In this document: one piece after another, positions 54,729 through 63,600 of the stretch
How the letters are laid out: every line of letters begins with the position of its first letter
How positions within the stretch are numbered: position 1 is the first letter of the stretch
Source: a virus
Lineage: Duplodnaviria > Caudoviricetes
Direction: 5' to 3' (one strand)
IMG/VR virus record: IMGVR_UViG_3300011113_000415
DNA: 64,000 bases
Notes under the pieces: generated by a model
The model's database searches: none
What the model was told of the DNA's origin: nothing
The model's input: only the letters and a program-made list of their open reading frames with translations
Made by a program: the position numbers and the translations under genes

Positions 54729-55105
54729 TGGCCACAACCACCGTGACTTTGGTCCCTCGAACCGTGAATGGCGTGCCTTCGGGCAATTATGACGGAAGCA
54801 GTCAAGACTTTGTGTGTGATCCACAAAAGGCTGCCAACTATTATCGTGGTCGCGGTGGTGTACAAACCATCAAATGGGATTTTGAAGGGGTGCAAGGTGA
54901 AGTGGCTATTCAAGCCACACTAGACGCAGATCCTGCCACCGAGCAGTGGTTCAGCATAGCCAGTTTTGGTGATGGCAGCACAGCAGATTCTGCCACTATA
55001 ACCACATTACATTATGAAAGTGTGCTAGGCAACTTTACCTGGTTGAGAGCAGTGGTCTCAAACTTTCAAGATGGGCTGATACATTCTGTCACAGCAACTT
55101 ATTAA
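54728..55105 (+). CDS. Putative virion protein
   Basis: TAATG overlap; beta-rich, Thr-rich. Confidence 0.65.
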   Translation: MATTTVTLVPRTVNGVPSGNYDGSSQDFVCDPQKAANYYRGRGGVQTIKWDFEGVQGEVAIQATLDADPATEQWFSIASFGDGSTADSATITTLHYESVLGNFTWLRAVVSNFQDGLIHSVTATY

Positions 55106-55110
55106 TCATT

Positions 55111-55545
55111 ATGGACTTAATAAAATTTTCTTGTGTGGTGGCACCCAGCAACAGTGCTGTGCCATTGGGTTGTGAAATATGGCTGGACGATCACTGTGTG
55201 TTTGATCAGGAGCATGTGAGTGAACCAGTGCCGGTATCATATGAATTCAGTGATGACGATGGCGAACACACACTCAGTATTCAATTAAAAAACAAACTGC
55301 CAGAGCATACCAAAATTGATGATCGGGAAAATATTGTGTCAGACGCCATGATCAGTGTGACTGAAATTGCCTTTGATGAAATTGATTGCACACAGATAGT
55401 ACAGGAACAAGCAGTTTATCGTCACAATCTCAACGGCACAGCCCCCGAAATTCAAGACAAATTTTTTGGCGATATGGGTTGCAATGGCACAGTTGAGTTC
55501 AAATTTACCACCCCAATTTATCTATTCATGTTGGAAAACATGTAA
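55111..55545 (+). CDS. Hypothetical acidic protein
   Basis: 144 aa, late operon. Confidence 0.7.
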   Translation: MDLIKFSCVVAPSNSAVPLGCEIWLDDHCVFDQEHVSEPVPVSYEFSDDDGEHTLSIQLKNKLPEHTKIDDRENIVSDAMISVTEIAFDEIDCTQIVQEQAVYRHNLNGTAPEIQDKFFGDMGCNGTVEFKFTTPIYLFMLENM

Positions 55546-55559
55546 CGCTAAATACCAGT

Positions 55560-56600
55560 ATGAAACAACTGGTCATAATGCCGGGCGGATTCCACCCTTT
55601 CCACGCAGGACATCTTGCACTTTACCAAGCCGCCAAAGAAGCGTTCCCTGGCGCCGACGTCAAAGTGGCTGCCACCAATGATACCAGTCAGCGGCCATTT
55701 CCATTCAAGATAAAAGAAAAACTGGCTCAGTTGGCAGGTGTTTCGCCCGGAGACTTTTATCAGGTCAAAAGCCCATTTCGTGCTGAAGAGATTACAAAAA
55801 ATTACACGCCCGAAGATACTGAATTGATATTTGTGCGTTCCGAAAAAGACGCCAACAAGCCTCCACAAGCAGGCGGTATTAAAAAGAATGGCGAATTGGC
55901 TTATTTGCAACCACTTGAAGGACAAGATGTTCTAGAGCCCATGAACCAACATGCCTACATGGCCTACCTGCCCACAGTGGAGTTTGGACCTGGCATGACG
56001 TCAGCCACAGAGATTCGTACTGCCTGGCCCACACTCAACGATAAACGCAAGACTGCTCTAGTAATGAGTCTGTATCCTGACACACAAAAGAATCCCCGAC
56101 TGGCTGCCACAGTTGTAAAGATGTTGGACACAGCAATTGGTACCGAACAACTCAATGAATTTTTACCTGCACTAGGTGCGGCTATTGGTGGAGAACTAGC
56201 GGCTGCTACAGAACTTGGAACAATGGGCACGCTAGGTATGCGTGTGGCTGGTCATAAGATTGGTAGCGATATTGAAGACCAGTTAAACAACAGTGACGTA
56301 GAAGAAACACGTATCATTGATCCCAAACGCATTGATGTGTTCTATCGCCCTGTTCAAAACAGTCGTGGCCGACGTGTGGTGGCCAAGAATGTACCCACCT
56401 CAGCATTGGATGCACTATTGGCCAAACTCAGCGACAAGTTTGGTGTACGTGACACTGACTTTGAGTGGACTGCCGCAGAGAAATCAGTCAGCGAAGACTA
56501 TGTGGAAGAAAAGTGGAGTCAAAAGTACAAGCGGAGCATCAACTGTGCTCACCCTAAAGGCTTCAGTCAACGGGCTCACTGTGCAGGTCGCAAAAAATAA
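55560..56600 (+). CDS. HIGH-family nucleotidyltransferase with appended C-terminal modules
   Basis: PGGFHPFHAGH, TSATEIR; then LNE/VEE-delimited segments ending KWSQKYKRSINC...HC; TAAATA 55549-55554. Confidence 0.75.
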   Translation: MKQLVIMPGGFHPFHAGHLALYQAAKEAFPGADVKVAATNDTSQRPFPFKIKEKLAQLAGVSPGDFYQVKSPFRAEEITKNYTPEDTELIFVRSEKDANKPPQAGGIKKNGELAYLQPLEGQDVLEPMNQHAYMAYLPTVEFGPGMTSATEIRTAWPTLNDKRKTALVMSLYPDTQKNPRLAATVVKMLDTAIGTEQLNEFLPALGAAIGGELAAATELGTMGTLGMRVAGHKIGSDIEDQLNNSDVEETRIIDPKRIDVFYRPVQNSRGRRVVAKNVPTSALDALLAKLSDKFGVRDTDFEWTAAEKSVSEDYVEEKWSQKYKRSINCAHPKGFSQRAHCAGRKK

Positions 56601-56649
56601 CGGTATGTGTTAAACTCGTTAAATATTCTACAATTTTGACGAGGACCTT

Positions 56650-57588
56650 ATGATAACCCAAACCGGAACAACACCCCCAACACCCCCAGAAACAATGTCA
56701 ACTGATGTGCCATTAGCACCTCAAGAAACACCAACTGGACAACCACAAAATCAAATTCAAGTTAACCTTGATTATTTGAGAACAACTAGGGTCCATCTAT
56801 GCATGCCTTGTTATGGTGGTATGCTCACTGAATCAACATTCATGAGTTATATCAAGTGGGCCAATACTGCTCGTCAACTGGGTATCGATTGGACAGTAGA
56901 AACCATGACCAATGAGTCATTGATCAGCCGTGCCAGAAACACACTCACCGCCAAGTTCTTGCACACCAAAGAATCAACGCACCTGATGTTTATTGATGCT
57001 GACATTGGTTGGGAACCCTGGCACCTGTTGGCCATGTTGAATCACAATGTGGATGTGGTAGGCGGTTTATACCCTATGAAATCATTGCCGGTCAAATGGT
57101 GTGTGAATGGCATTCCGGGCACTCCACAAGATGATCCTTCGGGTCTAATTGAAGTGACCAAGACCGGTACAGGCTTTTTGCTGATGAAACGTGAAGTGTT
57201 TGAAAAACTCAATAGTCACCCGGCTGTGAAGCCTTTTACCAATGACATTGGCCTGGACCCTGTACTCAATCCCTACATGAAAACCTACTTTGACACAGCC
57301 GTGCGTGAAAACCGCTACTACTCAGAAGACTGGACCTTCTGTGAAAATTGGCGTGATCTAGGTGGCCAAGTGTGGGTGGATCGTCGTGTGTTGCTGAAGC
57401 ACACAGGTACCTATGTGTTTGACTATCAAACCCAGGACAAACTGTATCAAGACCTGCACGAAATCGCTACCAACAATCAGATTGCTGCCGCTGCCGCACA
57501 AACAGCCGCGGCGCCTGTTGAAGCCAAGGTCATCGCTACCAACAAAAAAAGCGATAAAAAAGCAGATAAGAAGGCCAAAGCAGCCTAA
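56650..57588 (+). CDS. GT-A fold glycosyltransferase-like protein
   Basis: MPCYGG, ESLISRARN, FIDADI (DxD), GTGF, SEDW.FC; GAGGA SD. Confidence 0.8.
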   Translation: MITQTGTTPPTPPETMSTDVPLAPQETPTGQPQNQIQVNLDYLRTTRVHLCMPCYGGMLTESTFMSYIKWANTARQLGIDWTVETMTNESLISRARNTLTAKFLHTKESTHLMFIDADIGWEPWHLLAMLNHNVDVVGGLYPMKSLPVKWCVNGIPGTPQDDPSGLIEVTKTGTGFLLMKREVFEKLNSHPAVKPFTNDIGLDPVLNPYMKTYFDTAVRENRYYSEDWTFCENWRDLGGQVWVDRRVLLKHTGTYVFDYQTQDKLYQDLHEIATNNQIAAAAAQTAAAPVEAKVIATNKKSDKKADKKAKAA

Positions 57589-57602
57589 CGGTAAATACAC
57601 TC

Positions 57603-60600
57603 ATGAACCTCCATGAGTTAGACCGCTACAAACTTAGTGACGCTGTAAAATTCAATGCTCGTTTGAACCCTCGACTGTGGGGCAAAGATGAGCATTTGAA
57701 GCCCCAAGTGCGCGATGCACTGATGAAAATTGCAGATGATTTCCGCGAAAGTCTGGGCGTTAAAGATCTTGATTTAAAAGACATCACACTTTCAGGATCA
57801 AACGCCGCTTACACTTACACTCCCAATTCAGACATAGATCTACACCTTGTGGTGGATATACCTGATGACCCTGTGTATCGTGAATTGTTTGATGCCAAAA
57901 AGTACGCATATAACAATCAGCATAACATAAAGATTAGTGGCTATGATGTTGAACTGTATGTGCAAGATGTAGACCAGCCACATGTGACTCAAGGTGAATA
58001 CAGTTTGATCGACAACGACTGGATTCAAGTGCCACGTCGTCAACGTGCTGATGTTGTGGATCAAAGCACACGGAGCAAATACCAAGATCTCAAACAACGT
58101 ATCAAGGCGGCTATCAAAACTGAAGATCATGACGTCATGGCCAGTTTGATGGCCAAGATCCGACAACTGCGTCAAAGCGGTCTTGATCAACACGGCGAGT
58201 TTGGTCCTGAGAATCTTGCGTTCAAGATGTTGCGCACACAGGGCTATATCCAAAAATTAGTTGATGCTAGAAACGCTGCCAAGGATCAAGAACTCAGCAT
58301 TGATGAACGTGTGAAGCCGCGTGTGACTTATGGCTTTGCCACTGAATCAAAAGACAGTTTGTCGGACACCATCAATCAGTTTGCCCGTAGTTGTATTGAT
58401 TACTTGGGTATCAAGAAGGCGCCTGAAATCAAGTTGCATACTGATACCAACTGGAGTGAGCAGACAGGTTCGTTTGGTCAGTATGAGCCTGAAACCAATG
58501 TGTTGCACTTGGCCACATCAGGACGTCACACACTAGACATCTTAAGAACCATGGCTCATGAGTTCACACATCGCAAACAAGCAGAAAAACAAAAACTACC
58601 TGCCAATGCAGGTGAGACAGGCAGTCCTTACGAAGACGAAGCCAATGCCATGGCAGGTCGCATCATGCGTCACTGGGCAGAGAAGCATCCTGAGATGTTC
58701 GCTCATGTGCCCTTGGAAGAAGCATCAGGATACATTCCTACTAAAAAGCAAGCAAAGGATCCACGCTTTGTGATGGCTCTCACAAAAGATGTGCGTCCAG
58801 GGCAGACAGGCAAAGAAGCCAATAAACTGGGTTTGCAAACTGATGCCCAAGGTCATCCTGCATTACTAACTGCCCGACTGAATGAAAGTCTTGCTGTAGA
58901 AGATGACCGGTATGGCAATCAAGATCCCACTGGTCCAGAGTCACCACCCAAAATGCCGGACGGCACAATCAAAGTTGATGTAAGTGACATCTATGACTGG
59001 TACAAGATTGGACAAAAGATCAGTGACCTCAAGAGCATTGACAAAAAGACTCTGGGCAAAGGTCCTCCCAGCACTGTGTTGGCATTTGGTTCAGAAGAAC
59101 TTGAAAACATGTACAGCAATGCCTTGATCAACTTGGGCTTGAAAACACATGACCTAGACGAGCCCGGCGAAGAAGACAGACCTGGTTCGGGTCAAGACAT
59201 TGACGAAGCCTTGATTACTGAAACCATTGATGACGCATTGTTTGAAATCAAAATGTCTCCCTCCAATCTGCGCCAAGAAGCAGCCAAGACCGGTGCACTT
59301 GCCGGCATGGAATTTGAAATGATTGTGCCCAATACCGAGGGCGGTGACGATGGAGACCTAGAACCCGACTATGATTACGACCAACGTTGCCGTAGTATAC
59401 AAGACGCATATGACTTTTTCTACGATGGTGACTTCAATGGTCGTAGAGATGTCCAAAACCTGCGTGAAAAGATGCAGGAAGATTATCTTGAGTGGCTGGA
59501 CGAAAAGATCCAAGAAGAATGGGATAGTCAAGGTGAAGAATACATTGCGGAATGGGTCAAGAACAATGTGGATGAATCCGAATGGAATCCAGATGATCTA
59601 GAAGGCGATGCCAGAAACGAAGCACTAGAAGAATATTCTGTAAATGTTCATGCTGATCCTGCCAGTCGTGATTATCAATCAGCCTACGAAGAGTTCCGCG
59701 AAGAACATCAGGAAGATTATGATGAAAGTGACTGGTTGGATGATGCAGATCTAAGCCGCATGAGCGAAATTGAAAATGCCTACAGCATGAGTTGGCCACA
59801 TTGGCGATCACAGGGCGGTGGCGAAGCCAGCATTGAAGATGTGGCGCAGGAATTTGAAAACGCCATTGGGCGTGATGTTCGTGCCAGTGGCAACTATCAC
59901 TCAGGCAGTGTGATACGTCCTAGTCCAACTCAAATACGCTATGTTGTAGAACCTGACGGCAGTTTAGAACCAGATGATCCCAACGATCAAGGCCTGGAGT
60001 TTGTGAGTCCGCCACTACCCATAGACGAAATACTTAGTGACTTGAACAAGGTCAAACAATGGGCCAAGGAGTACGGCTGTTATACCAATGATTCAACTGG
60101 CCTGCACATCAACATTTCAGTGCCCAACTACAGCAGAGAAAACCTAGACTTTGTGAAACTGGCTCTGCTGATGGGTGACAAGTATGTGTTAGATGCTTTT
60201 GGACGTTCAGGCAATACCTATGCTAAGAGTGCGTTTGACATTGTGAAACGTCATGTGCGTGACAATCCTGAAGAGGCCGCCAAGTTGTTAGACAAGATGA
60301 AAGGCAACCTGGATCAACTAGCCACCAAGGCCATTCACTCAGGAATTACTTCAAAGTATACAAGTATCAACACCAAAGACGGCCACATTGAATTCCGTAG
60401 CCCTGGTGGTGACTGGTTAGACGAGAACTTTGATCAAATTGAAAATACCTTGTTGCGTTTCACAGTGGCCATGAGTGCGGCCCTGAATCCTGAAATGTAT
60501 CGTCAAGAATATTTGACCAAGTTATACAAATTGTTGAGCGACGGCAACAAAGATGTGGACACTATCAAGTATTTCTCAGACTATGTGGCCGGCAAGATTC

Positions 60601-63600
60601 CCCGGGCGGCTCTGCGTAGTTTTGTCAAGCAAGCGCAGTTAGAACGTAAACTCAAGCGTGACCCTACAGGCGGTGAACGATACTGGTGGCGTGTTTATAA
60701 AGAAGGTCGCAATGCCAAAAACGGTGCTGAGATTGAACTGGTGGCCACTTCGGAACAAGAAGCCAAAGACAAAGCCGCTAAAGAGTGGGCGACAACATCC
60801 ACACGCGGCTTTGATGCTGTGCCTGTGAGACCGTTTGATCAAACACAATCAACAGGGCCCACACTCAACGGCCGCCCTAGCAATCCTGATGGTGGCTGGG
60901 TAATATCACCAGAAAATGATCGCAGCCGTGTAGTGTATAGATTTGCGGCGGCCAGTTTTGACGATGCTAATATAGTTCGCAGACAGTGGGCCGCTGACAA
61001 CGACGGAGTGTGGATTGTTCAAAGAGATACCAACAGAACCTTGGGTCAGCCTTCTTCATCACAAGAGCAATACCGCACAGGAACCTATGAATTGTTTGAT
61101 AGACGCACTGGTGAGGCTGTCCCTGACAGTGAATTCCCTGCTCGCAATCAATCAGAAATGAACACAAGATTAGATGATTATATCAATCATGGTAGTCACG
61201 GCATGGACACAATAGATGCTCGCTTGTTGTTTGGCGTTCGCCCTGTGGTGGCACCAGCAGACGAACCCGGAGACGTACGAGTTCTTGACAATGCTTTGCG
61301 ACCCACTGGTCCCGGACCTTGGGAAATTTACAATAGAGCCACTGGCAATTCGGCCGCCACACTCAGAGTAGACGGCCAACCCATAACCGATCGTGCTCAA
61401 GCACAACGCATGGCCATGGGCAGTATCGCCGCTGAAAATTATGACCGCTATGGTGTAAGAACTATAGGTACAGGCAGTAGAGCCAACATAGGCACACAAA
61501 CTGACATGGAAAATCGCTTGGGCCTGCCTAGTCAGTCAGCCACAGCCAACTATGCAGTTGTGGATCGTCAAACTCTTGACCCGGTGTTTAGATTCCATGC
61601 TGACGATCGCAGAGCGGCCAATAGAATGTATGGCGAGTGGTTGGCAGCCGCTGGCTTGCCACAAACCACCGAAGACTACGGATTCCAAGAGATTCGCCCA
61701 GAGATTCCCGAAGTGCCCTTGGACATAGAGCAGAACTTGCCGAGCCGGACCGATGGCCGCAATATTGACTACTCATTCAGAGACTTGTTTGGCACCAATG
61801 CCACAGCAGATCAACAGCAAGGTGGCATTGTGGATGTGGCTCCTGATGTGGCACAGAACTTTGGCGGTGAGTTCTCGGGACAGTGGCGCATCTTGGATGG
61901 CGATACCGGCACTGAACTGTTTAGATTCCGTAGTGCTGATCCTAGTCAGGCCGAAGCCAATCGCCTGGCCCGTTTGTGGTTACAACAGAATGCACCCGAT
62001 TCAGACTTTAGAGAAATAGAAGTGGTACCGGTCATGTCAGAAGGTATAGCAGAAGGCAGTTTAGAAGAATTAGCCAATACCAGTCTCAAAGTCAAAGAAC
62101 CCAAAAACTTTGTCAACACAAATGACCGGAAACAAGTGACCTATAAAGTTATGAAGTTTAAGTCTGGCAAAGACACATACTTGATAAACTTCACTGTGAA
62201 AGGTCCACCTGCTTTTGGTCGGAAACAGAACTGGAACGCAGTAAATGTATCGTTTGGTGTGAGAGAACCACAGGACGATTACAGTTTTGGTGATGAAATC
62301 AATACTGATTTGACTGCCAAAAATAAAAATCAATTTTTAATTTATTCAACTGTGATTAACGCTATTCGCAAGTTTATCACAGAATACAACACAGAGATTG
62401 ATGAAATTATCATGCAGGGTGCTGGTGAAAGACAAGAAGCCATGTATCAACGTTTTTTCCAGTCAGCGGGCAAATATTTCCCAGGATGGCACTATGATGG
62501 CAAACACAGTCTAGTGCGTGATGTTCCTAGACAAACAGGAAAGAAAGTTCGAGAGCAAGGTGTCACCGAAGGTGTTAATGATTATCTATGGCACGGATCT
62601 AAATCTAAACATGATATTTTATACCCACAGCAAGCAAACGATACCGGTGGTAAAAAAGAAAGTAATAAAAATGCTGTATACGCTACTCCTAGTGCCCGAG
62701 TTGCTATAGCAATGGGACTGACTACACCTGGCTCAGACACAGGCATGTTTCCTAATGACCCGCAAATGGTACTATTCAAGGGCGGTATTAGAAAAGGCCA
62801 AATGGTATACCTGCACAAGGTGCCTAAAGATTTATTCATAAAACACAATGACCGAGAATGGTATTCCAAGCCGGGTGTCAAAGAAGTTAAGCCTATAGAA
62901 GTAGTAACAGTTCCTGTGGATAAATGGTTGCATTTGATTAGGCAGGCAACACCACAAGATTTAGAATTACAGAAAAAGAATTTGAAGAAGCAAGGTATAG
63001 CAGAAAGTTCAACCAAAAACTTTGTTAATGGCGGGTATGCTAAAGAATTTCTTGGAGAATATCCTAGTATAGAAACTACACTGGGCGAAGCCAACGATTA
63101 TACTTCTCATCCTGATCTTGTAGCATACGATAAAAAACTTGAAAAAAAATTACACCGTGATATTGACGTCACTCAAGGCCAAAGAAAAAATCTTGTGCCA
63201 CTAGATTATGATCAAGAACCCGAGTGGAGTGATGTTGAGTATGCCCAAGATTACACTGGTGGCAGTTTGGATATAAATGATTACCTGCATAGACAATATA
63301 GAAAACAAACCAAGCCCGAAGAAATAAAAGAATTTCTGAAAAAAATCCAAGCACTGGACCGATTGTTGGCCAATCACAAATTACCACAACAAATTGTGGT
63401 ATACACAGGATTAAAACAAAGTCCATCTGATGCCTGGGAAACATATGGTGCAGATGTTTCTAAACCTATTAGACTGCACTTGCCAGCATACACTTCTACT
63501 ACTACCCGACTTAAAACTGCGTTGGAACGTGTTGAAGACGAGGTTGTGCAAGTTCCCCGAGCAAGGCACAAACCAAGAAATAAAGACGCTCCAAAAGACG

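Noticed and set aside
57603-58310. Calling the NTase a CBASS CD-NTase
   Set aside because: Only generic Pol-beta motifs are visible; no adjacent Cap effector genes; family cannot be resolved by eye.
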